Sequence record: PP180003
Source: Escherichia phage mEp515
Direction: 5' to 3' (one strand)
DNA length: 53,673 nucleotides
The position numbers and the translations under genes were made by a program. Within the stretch, counting starts at the first letter, position 1. Every line of letters starts with the position of its first letter. The notes beneath the pieces were generated by a model that ran no database searches, had not been told where the DNA came from, and saw only the letters and a list, made by a program, of their open reading frames with translations. Positions 8,849-17,104 of the stretch are shown here, piece after piece.

Positions 8849-9904
8849 TCAAAGAGCGCCACATCGTGTATCACGTAGCGTTTTTGGTTTAAGCAGGAAA
8901 TCAAGTGTCGCTGTGAAGCCATTGCCGAAGTAAAAATCTGAAGCCGTGTTTTTGAACGCTTCAAAGTAGGCAACAAAGCCGTTGATGCTTTTGTCTTTCA
9001 GGTAGTCAGTGAACGCATAAATCTTGCGTTCAAGATCCCGATCAAGTTCGGCATGTGGCAACAGGCCATCAAACGCGCTGTTAAATGCCTCCACTACGTC
9101 GGCAGCGTTTGCAGTGGCTGACAGATTGCGCCATTTTTCAGCATCAGCCAGATACCCATCGAATTTAGTTACCCGGCAAATGTTAATAGGCTTAGGTGTT
9201 CCGCCACGGCTACGCCATTGCGTTAAAGCCCACTCAATCACTAATGTGATCTCATCCTCCGTATATGCTTTACGTGTTTTTGTTTCTGTCAGTAGTTCAA
9301 TGAATGGCTTGGTATCACGACATTTGCATCCAGCCTTGTCGTTGTAGAATGCCAGACAACGCAATGCAGCTTCGTTCACACCATCATGACTGACTGTTTT
9401 TTGTTCACTTTCGACAATACACGTAGTGTATATATCTTTTTCTCTTTCTTCTTCTTCTAATTCTAATTCTAATTCATGACCCTTTCTTGACCCGGTCATG
9501 ACCCTATCATGACCTTTTTGTGTTGGATTGATTAATTTTTCTAATTTTAATTGTTCCTTCGCTGTGTTTATGGCGGCCCTGTACGCGCTTTTAGAAGTCA
9601 TTGATTGGTCCAGCCTTTTCAATAACTTTAAACAAGTTATGTGGCCTTGAGAACATTCAAACAAACCAATTTCGATGAAGTATTTCATCATTTCTTCTAT
9701 GCGTTTTTCAGTAGATCCGACGTTTCTCGCAATGATTCTCGCGTCATGTCGTAGGTCGAATGTTAGATTGTGCTGATCCACGTCATAAGTTATCAGTTCT
9801 AGGCAATACCAATAAAGCCCGTAACCTTCCAGGCCATAATCTAACAAAACGTTTTGAAGTTTTTCATCGCGGTTAGCATCGCTATCGTGCTTGAACCACT
9901 TCAT
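8849..9904 (-). CDS. Replisome organizer / replication initiation protein (DUF4373-like N-terminus)
   Basis: 351 aa; N-terminus MKWFKHDSDANRDEKLQ typical of phage replisome organizers; central acidic linker; contains iteron-like repeats; GGAGG SD. Confidence 0.5.
   Translation of the reverse strand: MKWFKHDSDANRDEKLQNVLLDYGLEGYGLYWYCLELITYDVDQHNLTFDLRHDARIIARNVGSTEKRIEEMMKYFIEIGLFECSQGHITCLKLLKRLDQSMTSKSAYRAAINTAKEQLKLEKLINPTQKGHDRVMTGSRKGHELELELEEEEREKDIYTTCIVESEQKTVSHDGVNEAALRCLAFYNDKAGCKCRDTKPFIELLTETKTRKAYTEDEITLVIEWALTQWRSRGGTPKPINICRVTKFDGYLADAEKWRNLSATANAADVVEAFNSAFDGLLPHAELDRDLERKIYAFTDYLKDKSINGFVAYFEAFKNTASDFYFGNGFTATLDFLLKPKTLRDTRCGAL
9474..9514. repeat. Iteron-like direct repeats: four copies of TCATGACC(C) at 10-12 bp spacing, flanked by AT-rich tracts (candidate ori)
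   Basis: Copies at 9474, 9486 (one mismatch), 9496, 9507; adjacent (TTCTAA)3 and AT-rich 9515-9560; located inside the initiator gene as in lambda ori. Confidence 0.4.
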
Positions 9905-9907
9905 AGA

Positions 9908-10162
9908 TCATTCCTCCGGCAATGCAATATCATAAATTTCGCCGTATTCGTCAGCGCGTTTAATGAATCCTTTGCGGATTAATGAGTTTAATGCGTCAAC
10001 AGTAGTATGCAGTGGCAGTTCGCACACTTTTGCGATCTCTTCGCGTGAAGTGTGTGCGCGGCCTTTGTTGTCTGCCTTTTCTGCAATCGCCATTAAGACA
10101 AGTTTTTGAATCGGGCTGTTAAGTTTTACGCTCCATGCTTTGCTAATTATGTTCATGCTCAT
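9908..10162 (-). CDS. Small HTH DNA-binding protein (HTH_36-like), first gene of leftward early operon
   Basis: 84 aa from ATG 10162 (AGGAG SD); LVLMAIAEKADNKGRAHTSREEIAKVCELPLHTTVDALNSLIRKGFI; alternative start at 10276 lacks SD. Confidence 0.5.
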   Translation of the reverse strand: MSMNIISKAWSVKLNSPIQKLVLMAIAEKADNKGRAHTSREEIAKVCELPLHTTVDALNSLIRKGFIKRADEYGEIYDIALPEE

Positions 10163-10467
10163 CGTGTTTTCTCCTATGGTTAGAGTGAACGCGCGGGCGG
10201 GTATCCCATTAGCATTAGATAGCAGTGACTGACCGCTCAACAGATCCCGCCATTGCGTGATATTTGTTTTTCGCATCGCAGCGACACCGGGTTTTTAAAG
10301 AGCTTAAGGCGTCGGCCTTTTTGTGCTTTCCCTTATCTTTTTCCTTGCGTCATTGCAAGTATGGCTTTACCTTGTCAGCAAGTTTACAGAATGGCGCTAA
10401 CAGGTCAAGGCTTGAAAAACACGTTTTGTGACTTGCATCAAACTTTTTTAGGTTATAGGGTAGCGAC
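10163..10467. promoter_or_regulatory. Immunity-region intergenic switch: divergent promoters/operators between cI-like repressor and leftward early operon
   Basis: 305-bp non-coding interval between divergent genes; TTGCAAG-type half-sites; candidate -35 TGACTT at 10429-10434. Confidence 0.4.
10272..10303 (-). promoter_or_regulatory. nutR-like element (boxA-like GCTCTTTAAAAA plus short hairpin) on leftward transcript
   Basis: Minus-strand reading AGCTCTTTAAAAACCCGGTGTCGCTGCGATGCG; 26/33 identical to plus-strand copy at 19470-19502. Confidence 0.3.
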
Positions 10468-11115
10468 ATGAAAACAAAATGGTATGACTTAGCAAAGCAG
10501 CTCATGCGGGCGCAGGGCATGAGTCAGGATTCATTGGCTGATCTCATGGGGATAACCAAAGGTGGCCTTTCGCACTGGCTGAACGGTCGCCGTGAGCCAA
10601 ATCTTGAAGATATTGCGCGGATCATGCGGGCGCTTGGGCGTCGGCAGTTTACTGTCACACATGACGGGATGGTTATCGATGATTCTGTTTCTAACACGTT
10701 ACCGGGAGCGCCACCGCGTGATTTAGGCAGTTACCCGGTTGTTGACTGGAAGGATGTAGCAAACAATATGGAAGGCACATGCCGATCAACATTGCCACAC
10801 ATTACTACTAGCGTTATTTGTTCGGATGATAGTTATTGGCTGGTTGCTAAAGGTGAATCAATGAACGCACCGCAGGGGTTAAGCATCCCGGCGGGGACTA
10901 TGATACTCGTTGACCCGCACGCGCCAGCTATTGACGGAAAACTTGTTATAGCACAACTGGAGGAAGGGCAGATACCTACGTTTAAACAGTTGATTATTGA
11001 TGGAGGCCGAAAACTTTTGCGTTCACTGAATCCGTTGTATCCGCCGATCCCTATGAATCCAGAATCAAAAATCATAGGCGTGGTGGTTGATGCGAAGATC
11101 GTAAACCTGCCATAA
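10468..11115 (+). CDS. cI-like repressor (HTH_XRE N-terminus, S24 LexA-like autopeptidase C-terminus)
   Basis: 215 aa; HTH MSQDSLADLMGITKGGLSHWLNGRREP; C-terminal GESM serine motif and downstream Lys. Confidence 0.8.
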   Translation: MKTKWYDLAKQLMRAQGMSQDSLADLMGITKGGLSHWLNGRREPNLEDIARIMRALGRRQFTVTHDGMVIDDSVSNTLPGAPPRDLGSYPVVDWKDVANNMEGTCRSTLPHITTSVICSDDSYWLVAKGESMNAPQGLSIPAGTMILVDPHAPAIDGKLVIAQLEEGQIPTFKQLIIDGGRKLLRSLNPLYPPIPMNPESKIIGVVVDAKIVNLP

Positions 11116-11120
11116 ACACT

Positions 11121-11146
11121 AGCCGCCGGATGGCGGCTTTTCTTTG
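11121..11146 (+). terminator. Rho-independent terminator after repressor gene
   Basis: AGCCGCC-GGAT-GGCGGCT hairpin followed by TTTCTTTG. Confidence 0.7.
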
Positions 11147-11238
11147 TCTGAAAAAACACCAAAACGTAAACAGAAAACGCTATTTATTGTTTAAATATCA
11201 ATAGCATATAAAATATTTTAAAAAAGTATACAAAATGG

Positions 11239-11267
11239 ATTGACTCGGTGTTTTACGGGGCGTATAT
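11239..11267 (+). promoter_or_regulatory. Strong sigma70-type promoter (pL-like) for rightward early operon
   Basis: -35 TTGACT (11239-11244), 17-bp spacer, -10 TATATT (11262-11267); TACAAAATGG motif abuts the -35. Confidence 0.6.
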
Positions 11268-11522
11268 TGCGAATCAAAGGAAGGGCGTAGGTAACAAAAG
11301 CAGCTTCCTGGCACTTTAAAAATCAGGCTTAACACCTTGTCAACCGTGGAGTAACTCCCCGATGGGGGACCGAAAGCGGCACTGATAACAAGGCGCATGG
11401 GGTGTTTAAAGCGTTACATCCCCCACGAAACCGCACGCAGGGCGACGAGTCAGCTTGCTTGGAGTGAGCAAGGTCACGCCGGGAACGGCGATGATTGCGG
11501 GATTAGTTGAAAGATGTTAAGC

Positions 11523-11560
11523 CGCTCATTAAAAATCTGGTCAGCCGCTGGAAGTGCGGC
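11523..11560 (+). promoter_or_regulatory. nutL-like site: boxA-like CGCTCATTAAAAA plus boxB-like hairpin GCCGC-TGGAAGT-GCGGC
   Basis: boxA differs by one base from lambda boxA CGCTCTTAAAAA (from memory); hairpin 9 nt downstream; sits between promoter and N-like gene. Confidence 0.4.
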
Positions 11561-11617
11561 AATTAACGAAGATGATTTTTTTATTAAGTATCATCAAGGA
11601 TATACGGAGATCAGATC

Positions 11618-11908
11618 ATGACAGTTACAATCATGTATGGCAAATGTGACAGTAAACTGAATGCCAGGGAACGCAGAAGAATAAAAAGAGAAAACGAAAG
11701 AAAATCATCACCTGCAATTAATAAAACGGACAATGTGGATAAAGCCATTCGCTTTGCAAACGAGGAAAGATGCAAACCCAATGGCATTAAAGAACGTCGC
11801 AAAGGAGCGGTAAAATGGTATACGGAAAATGAAAGCGGCAACTACTACCACGCAACGCAACCACGCCAGTTAGGGGAAAAACCCCTTGATAAAGTCCGCT
11901 ACCATTAA
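11618..11908 (+). CDS. N-like transcription antiterminator candidate (arginine-rich motif protein)
   Basis: 96 aa; N-terminal ARM NARERRRIKRENERK resembles lambda/P22 N RNA-binding motifs; first gene after pL-like promoter and nut-like site. Confidence 0.45.
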   Translation: MTVTIMYGKCDSKLNARERRRIKRENERKSSPAINKTDNVDKAIRFANEERCKPNGIKERRKGAVKWYTENESGNYYHATQPRQLGEKPLDKVRYH

Positions 11909-11938
11909 TACAAAATGTAAATAATCGGAGGTGACATT

Positions 11939-12061
11939 ATGGTTATCGAGGCGCTCAAATTCAAACTTGCGGTAGCGGAAATGCTTCATGATGCCGAAAT
12001 GTGGAGCGCCGCGAATAAAGCCTTATACGTAGTGTTAACAGCGAAGGAGATCAAAGAGTGA
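11939..12061 (+). CDS. Hypothetical small protein (40 aa)
   Basis: GGAGGTG SD; stop overlaps GTG start of erf. Confidence 0.3.
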   Translation: MVIEALKFKLAVAEMLHDAEMWSAANKALYVVLTAKEIKE

Positions 12062-12699
12062 AAACAGAGTTACACAAAAAGCTGTGGACGATTCAACAAA
12101 CGTTGAATGCGCCGAAAAATCAGCGTAATAATTTCGGTGGGTACAATTACAGGTCGGCGGAGGATATTTTAGAGGCGGTTAAGCCACTGCTTCAAAATAT
12201 CACGCTGACTGTTAGCGATGAAATCGTCCTGATCGGCAATCGCTATTATGTGAAGGCCACAGCTACGCTAAGCGACGGTGAAGATGAAATTGCGGTAACT
12301 GCTTACGCCAGGGAAGAAGAAAGCAAGAAGGGAATGGACGCAAGCCAGTTAACTGGCGCGACATCAAGTTATGCGCGGAAATACGCGTTGAACGGATTGT
12401 TCTGTATTGATGATGCGCGAGATCCTGATACTGACGCATACGCGAAGCAGACTGGCCAGCAGCCTCGCCAGCAGAAAAACACACCAAAACAACAACCACA
12501 GCAGCAGAAAGCGCCGCCAAATCCTGACGAGGTGTTAGCGCGTTTCTGTGATGCAGCAGCGAAAGCGCCTGACGCTAACAAGTTGCGCGAGATATTCGGG
12601 AAGTGCTGGAAGCTACTTCCTAAAGATTCAGAACAGCAACAGAAAGCTAAAGACGTTTATGATATTCGCTTAAAAGAGCTTAACGGGGAGATCGGTTAA
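12058..12699 (+). CDS. Erf-family single-strand annealing protein
   Basis: 213 aa; NFGGYNYRSAEDILEAVKPLLQNITL and low-complexity Q/P-rich linker typical of ERF; GTG start with AAGGAG SD. Confidence 0.7.
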   Translation: MKTELHKKLWTIQQTLNAPKNQRNNFGGYNYRSAEDILEAVKPLLQNITLTVSDEIVLIGNRYYVKATATLSDGEDEIAVTAYAREEESKKGMDASQLTGATSSYARKYALNGLFCIDDARDPDTDAYAKQTGQQPRQQKNTPKQQPQQQKAPPNPDEVLARFCDAAAKAPDANKLREIFGKCWKLLPKDSEQQQKAKDVYDIRLKELNGEIG

Positions 12700-13109
12700 T
12701 GAGCTTAAATTCAATTACGCTGGGCGGTAACGTTGGGAATGATTGCGAAACGAGATTTACATCAAACGGGAAAGCAATCGGTAGTTTCTCACTTGCTGTA
12801 CAACAAGGTTACGGTGATAACAAACGTGCAATGTGGGTAACGTGTTTAATATTAGGTGATAGAGCAACAAAATTAGCCGAACATATTAGGAAGGGGGATC
12901 ACCTGGTTGTAAGTGGTCGGTTGGATGTTAGGGATTGGGAAGGGCAGGACGGAAGAAAAAACAAATCAGTTGAGGTTATCGTGTCAGATATTGAATTTAT
13001 GAGCGGAAATAAACGCAGCGACCAAAACCAAAACAGACAACGCGAACAGCAACAACAATATAACCAGGATAACGGCGGGCAGGACTGCGACCAAGATATC
13101 CCATTTTAG
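12699..13109 (+). CDS. ssb: Single-stranded DNA-binding protein
   Basis: 136 aa; OB-fold N-terminus, Gln-rich tail ending in acidic DIPF motif. Confidence 0.85.
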   Translation: MSLNSITLGGNVGNDCETRFTSNGKAIGSFSLAVQQGYGDNKRAMWVTCLILGDRATKLAEHIRKGDHLVVSGRLDVRDWEGQDGRKNKSVEVIVSDIEFMSGNKRSDQNQNRQREQQQQYNQDNGGQDCDQDIPF

Positions 13110-13138
13110 CGAATATAATCAATTAGTTAGGTGTTATT

Positions 13139-13663
13139 ATGAGTAATGCCGAACCATTGAAAATATGTTGTACTTGCGGGGCACTATTGCCCCTTTCTTG
13201 TTTTCATAACGATAAGGGCAAGAAAGACGGCAAATCATGTAGATGTAAAGAGTGCGCCAAAAAAGCCACTAGAGAATGGAGTGAAGCGAATAAAGAAAGA
13301 AAAAAGAAAAATGATAGCGAATACGCAAAAACAGATAAAGCCAAAAAGAAAAGGGAAGAATACAGAAAATCGCAAAGAGGTAAAGAGATCGCGGCTGAAT
13401 CAAGAAAAAAATGGAATGAGAAAAACCCTAAAAAATACCACGCCCAAGTGATGGCACATAACGCTATCCGCGACGGCAAATTAATTAAACAACCTTGCGA
13501 AGTATGCGGCAGAGATGACCGCGTACACGCGCACCATTGCGATTATGATAAGCCGCTCGATGTTATGTGGCTTTGCCCGATATGCCATCGAGAGTGGCAC
13601 AACGAACACGGTGAAGGAGCTAATGCACACGACGAGGTATTAAGTGGTGAGCGAATATCTTAA
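13139..13663 (+). CDS. HNH endonuclease-like zinc-finger protein with lysine-rich region
   Basis: C-terminal CEVCGRDDRVHAHHCDYDKPLDVMWLCPICHREWH is an HNH signature; N-terminal CxxC pair. Confidence 0.5.
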   Translation: MSNAEPLKICCTCGALLPLSCFHNDKGKKDGKSCRCKECAKKATREWSEANKERKKKNDSEYAKTDKAKKKREEYRKSQRGKEIAAESRKKWNEKNPKKYHAQVMAHNAIRDGKLIKQPCEVCGRDDRVHAHHCDYDKPLDVMWLCPICHREWHNEHGEGANAHDEVLSGERIS

Positions 13664-13928
13664 AGCACCGCCACCGCCACCGCGAACAAAAGAACAAGTA
13701 TTAAAAGAAGCCCGTGATCATATCGATCATGGGCTTTTTTTATGCGGAACGGCGGCGGATCGAATGGCGAAAAGATTTAGTGACCTGTACGCAAAACAAA
13801 TATGGTTCGACAACTGGCAGGCAAGTTTTTACCCACTGCAAAGAAAACCGGATATGCATTGGCCTGAATATGTCGATCCACGTATGCGCAAATATCGCGG
13901 GCGTATGGGCCAGGTTATTAACGATTAA
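13644..13928 (+). CDS. Hypothetical protein (94 aa)
   Basis: GTG-start ORF overlapping upstream gene end. Confidence 0.4.
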   Translation: MVSEYLKAPPPPPRTKEQVLKEARDHIDHGLFLCGTAADRMAKRFSDLYAKQIWFDNWQASFYPLQRKPDMHWPEYVDPRMRKYRGRMGQVIND

Positions 13929-13942
13929 TGAGGTATTAAATC

Positions 13943-14167
13943 ATGATCGAAGATAAAGAAGTTGACGTAGAAATTCCTGACAGCGCTGATGAGCTTATCA
14001 CTTTCGGCGGCGGCCTGTATGAGTTCGATACATCGGCTGGGTGGGTTGATAAGTGGCCTCAGCCTACTCGCCAGGAATTAATTAACCGCAAATCATTCGG
14101 CGAAGATGCAGAACGCCTTGCTAATAACAAGTGGCTTAACAAGTTCATTGCGGAGGGTGATAAATGA
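13943..14167 (+). CDS. Hypothetical protein (74 aa)
   Basis: ORF in early operon. Confidence 0.45.
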   Translation: MIEDKEVDVEIPDSADELITFGGGLYEFDTSAGWVDKWPQPTRQELINRKSFGEDAERLANNKWLNKFIAEGDK

Positions 14168-14277
14168 ACCTTGCAAAAATTGCCGCATTGCTTGCGGCTT
14201 TGTCTATCGCTGTGCTGTATCTCAGCGTATCGCTTTATATAACGGTAGCGATCATTAAACTCATTGCTAACATGTGA
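14164..14277 (+). CDS. Small membrane peptide (37 aa, MNLAKIAALLAALSIAVLYLSVSLYITVAIIKLIANM)
   Basis: ATGA overlap with upstream stop; single TM helix. Confidence 0.3.
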   Translation: MNLAKIAALLAALSIAVLYLSVSLYITVAIIKLIANM

Positions 14278-14285
14278 GGTTAATC

Positions 14286-14405
14286 ATGAAAGTCGGTAAG
14301 GATATTGTGACGGTCGCGTTTTGCATTATTTGCTTCCTATTTGTGGTTGTGTTTTGTGGCGGATTTGCAGCGCTGGTTAGCTTTATTTTCAGGGGATTGT
14401 TGTGA
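14286..14405 (+). CDS. Small membrane peptide (39 aa, MKVGKDIVTVAFCIICFLFVVVFCGGFAALVSFIFRGLL)
   Basis: GAGG SD; hydrophobic; stop overlaps next start. Confidence 0.3.
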   Translation: MKVGKDIVTVAFCIICFLFVVVFCGGFAALVSFIFRGLL

Positions 14406-14677
14406 TGAAAACATGGGATGCAAAGACTGGTGATCTTGTTGTATTGCCTGAATATCGTGATGACCCTGGCCTGGTTGTACTGAATAAGATGTATAACGAT
14501 CTAGATCGCCCGCTAGTGGTTAAATACCTGGACGGAACAATCATAGAACCGCGCTACTTTGATGATATTGAACTGAAGGCCCGCAACGTTCGCGTTAAGC
14601 CGTTCCGGGCTTATGTTGAGGACCACTGGCGGAAATTGTTCGCCGGACTGAATGGGATGTACGGCGTATGGCTATAA
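14405..14677 (+). CDS. Hypothetical protein (90 aa)
   Basis: ORF, translationally coupled. Confidence 0.45.
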   Translation: MKTWDAKTGDLVVLPEYRDDPGLVVLNKMYNDLDRPLVVKYLDGTIIEPRYFDDIELKARNVRVKPFRAYVEDHWRKLFAGLNGMYGVWL

Positions 14678-14859
14678 AGGAAGTAAAGGTCAAAGACCTG
14701 AAAGGCGGTGAGCGATTAAAGGCGTGGTGGGGTCGCGAGTTTACAGCCGCTGCCTTCATGATCATGCAGGGCGGGGAGGTCGTTATATACGATGAAGACC
14801 TGAAGGAAGTCGGCAGGTGGCATCTTGAGCAATATATCGAGGTGTTAGATGAAAATTAA
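14668..14859 (+). CDS. Hypothetical protein (63 aa)
   Basis: ORF. Confidence 0.4.
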   Translation: MAIKEVKVKDLKGGERLKAWWGREFTAAAFMIMQGGEVVIYDEDLKEVGRWHLEQYIEVLDEN

Positions 14860-15181
14860 ATTCCATAAAGGTTATGATTCGGTCACTAACAAGTTATCGC
14901 TATTTATTGAGTTCGAGCGCCGGATCGTGGTTGTTCCTTATTCTCGGCGCTTTAATGATGCGGCAGGGCGGCGGCAATTCGCGTTAGACATGTTGTTACG
15001 TGGCTGCGGCCTTATGCGCCCGCTATCTGATTTGAAACGGATGATGCCGGGATCGTTCGGTCAGGTTGATGAAATAGAAATAAGCCCGGAAGAACTGAAG
15101 CGGGAGCGTGATTTATTCCTTTCAAGCGAAGGAAACCCGTTTAATTCAGAAACAGAAATGAAATGGCATCACCCACTATAA
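14849..15181 (+). CDS. Hypothetical protein (110 aa)
   Basis: ORF. Confidence 0.45.
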   Translation: MKIKFHKGYDSVTNKLSLFIEFERRIVVVPYSRRFNDAAGRRQFALDMLLRGCGLMRPLSDLKRMMPGSFGQVDEIEISPEELKRERDLFLSSEGNPFNSETEMKWHHPL

Positions 15182-15194
15182 AAGGATAAATATC

Positions 15195-15815
15195 ATGAAC
15201 GACATTAAAACAGCTTATTCACTAGGCAGCGATGGCATGTTAATCACTCGCTACACTGAAGACGCAAGTTTTCATGAAGTGGAAACGAAGGATTATCACG
15301 AAGTATTAAAAGATATGGAAGCTGGCGCGTATGACGCAGATTTGAATCTGGCTTTACAGATTGTTGATATTATGATGGACGCGTCGATCCGCGATTATGT
15401 GTCTTTAAACGCTGAAGAAAAAACGGCTGTGGCTCGTTATGTCTTCTGCCTAACTTTCGTGAAACGAATGGAAGAGGAATATGGGCGCGTGCCAGTGCCG
15501 GAAGAAATTGACCCGCTGGCGTTCGGAAGCGCTGTTATTTTCCCGTTAGATGAAAATCATACTGGTAGCGTTGCGCTGCATTCTATGCGCGGCGTAATGA
15601 AATGCATCTTTGAGGCTAAAGCGCTACAGAAGTGCATTGATGAAGGGCATGACGAAGAAGACGTAAAAGCGATCATGCCGTTGTTTTATGGCGAAATGGT
15701 TGGGAACAACATGCGCGCAAATGATTTAGGTGTGCAGGCTGCCATAACTGTACTTAACGAAGCGCGGAAAATGTCGCAGCCAATGCCGGAACCTGAAAAA
15801 CGTGTACTGCATTAA
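15195..15815 (+). CDS. Hypothetical acidic protein (206 aa)
   Basis: ORF; acidic composition; no motif recognised. Confidence 0.5.
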   Translation: MNDIKTAYSLGSDGMLITRYTEDASFHEVETKDYHEVLKDMEAGAYDADLNLALQIVDIMMDASIRDYVSLNAEEKTAVARYVFCLTFVKRMEEEYGRVPVPEEIDPLAFGSAVIFPLDENHTGSVALHSMRGVMKCIFEAKALQKCIDEGHDEEDVKAIMPLFYGEMVGNNMRANDLGVQAAITVLNEARKMSQPMPEPEKRVLH

Positions 15816-15820
15816 CATCG

Positions 15821-15880
15821 TGATTGCGATCACATAAATATACATTTTGTGTTGTGATCGCATATCCGTTTTGTAAACTG
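15821..15880. promoter_or_regulatory. Intergenic inverted repeat TGCGATCACA / TGTGATCGCA flanking a TACATTTTGT motif (candidate operator or internal promoter)
   Basis: 10-bp arms separated by about 18 bp containing TATACATTTTGT; lies upstream of ORF 15915. Confidence 0.35.
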
Positions 15881-15914
15881 AAATCAAAAGGTTTACGGCA
15901 CGGAGGAAAACAAG

Positions 15915-16133
15915 ATGGCAAGCGAATTAATGCTTTATTGTGTTGAAGGTGGCGTGGGACATGATGCCTACGTCGCCGGGAAAAGCTATCCAGCAGATGA
16001 AGTGCTTTCTAATATGCACTTCCGGGAAAATGAAAACCAGGTGTCTGTGTGGAAGCGATGCGTTGATGGCATTGAGGTAGTTAGCCTCGAAAGATATTTG
16101 GGTAAATTTGACTACGCATTGATCGAGGCTTAA
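15915..16133 (+). CDS. Hypothetical protein (72 aa)
   Basis: ORF with GGAGG SD. Confidence 0.45.
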   Translation: MASELMLYCVEGGVGHDAYVAGKSYPADEVLSNMHFRENENQVSVWKRCVDGIEVVSLERYLGKFDYALIEA

Positions 16134-16231
16134 CTATGGACGAAACATTGCTATTCATGTGCATTTGCTGGGGTTTTATTGCCTTATGCCTGTTTATCAG
16201 GTGGTTTATTGAATACCATATGAGGTGATAT

Positions 16232-16426
16232 ATGGAACAGAAAACTGATTATAGAATACCTGACAACCTGAAGTTAGTTGGCATTGGTTTTGGTTGTCGT
16301 TTTGTATCTGACGCAAACGGGGCGATTTATTTAGTGCGCATCATTGATGGCGTTCAACATATAAGAAGGCTAGGACTTTACATCAAAGCATTTAGAAGAG
16401 GTTATTTGAAAACTCATGAAATTTAA
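16232..16426 (+). CDS. Hypothetical protein (64 aa)
   Basis: ORF. Confidence 0.4.
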   Translation: MEQKTDYRIPDNLKLVGIGFGCRFVSDANGAIYLVRIIDGVQHIRRLGLYIKAFRRGYLKTHEI

Positions 16427-16619
16427 ACAGTATAAAGAATGGAAGATTCCAGAAGAAGCGACAAAGGCAGCGCCCGGAATTTTTTCGGGCGTTTATTTTT
16501 ATATGGGCGGTAAATGGTATTTCGGCAGCAGGCCGGATCACTATTATCAAGAATTATGCAAATCTCACACATGGGACATTAATGAACGCGTGCAAGGCGG
16601 TGTAATAGACGAGGTTTAA
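16416..16619 (+). CDS. Hypothetical protein (67 aa)
   Basis: ORF. Confidence 0.4.
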   Translation: MKFKQYKEWKIPEEATKAAPGIFSGVYFYMGGKWYFGSRPDHYYQELCKSHTWDINERVQGGVIDEV

Positions 16620-16620
16620 A

Positions 16621-16857
16621 ATGATTAATGGTTTTTTAAGCTGGTTAAGAGTGTGGTTTTTTGCCACGCTTTTCGTTTTTTTGGCGTTCAGCGGTGTCAT
16701 TGTCATATTTACGCTGGCGATGATGTTCATTACATGGTCAGTACCTGAATTTAACAATCTTGGAAGTATTTTTGCTGTCGCCCGCGCCATGTTTGCTTGT
16801 AGCGCATTTGTTGGTTTTTGTTGGAGTGTTTCGCCTGATTGGGATGATGAATGGTGA
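16621..16857 (+). CDS. Small membrane protein (two predicted TM helices)
   Basis: 78 aa; hydrophobic segments WFFATLFVFLAFSGVIVIFTLAMMFI and AMFACSAFVGFCW. Confidence 0.45.
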   Translation: MINGFLSWLRVWFFATLFVFLAFSGVIVIFTLAMMFITWSVPEFNNLGSIFAVARAMFACSAFVGFCWSVSPDWDDEW

Positions 16858-16861
16858 TCCT

Positions 16862-17095
16862 ATGGCCTTGTTCAATATGTCAGAACTGCAATTCAACGCC
16901 GTAAAAGCTGCCGCCCGCGCTGCACTTTCTGCTTGCAAAGCGGAGGTAGAGAAAAACGGCTACAGCGATAAAGCCACGCGGCTGATATTAGAAAAGCATT
17001 ATCGCAAGGTCGCCCCACTAATCAGCATTGAGCGCTTTGTGTGGTTGGTGGGGTATTTAAACAACCGTTGGGGGACGGAACAAGATTATTTCTAA
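16862..17095 (+). CDS. Hypothetical protein
   Basis: Start set at internal Met (MALFNMSELQ) to avoid overlap with preceding gene. Confidence 0.4.
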   Translation: MALFNMSELQFNAVKAAARAALSACKAEVEKNGYSDKATRLILEKHYRKVAPLISIERFVWLVGYLNNRWGTEQDYF

Positions 17096-17104
17096 GGGGG
17101 CGTA

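Noticed and set aside
10253-10471. Plus-strand 72-aa ORF in the immunity intergenic region (cro-like candidate)
   Set aside because: No SD, composition typical of non-coding operator DNA, and it ends inside the repressor start; no convincing cro-sized gene was found on either strand in this interval.
11198-11398. Minus-strand 66-aa ORF within the pL-like leader
   Set aside because: Antisense to a strong promoter and structured leader, no SD, low-complexity translation.
12263-12581. Minus-strand ORFs (85 and 70 aa) inside erf
   Set aside because: Antisense to a well-supported gene; produced by the Gln/Pro-rich repeat region.
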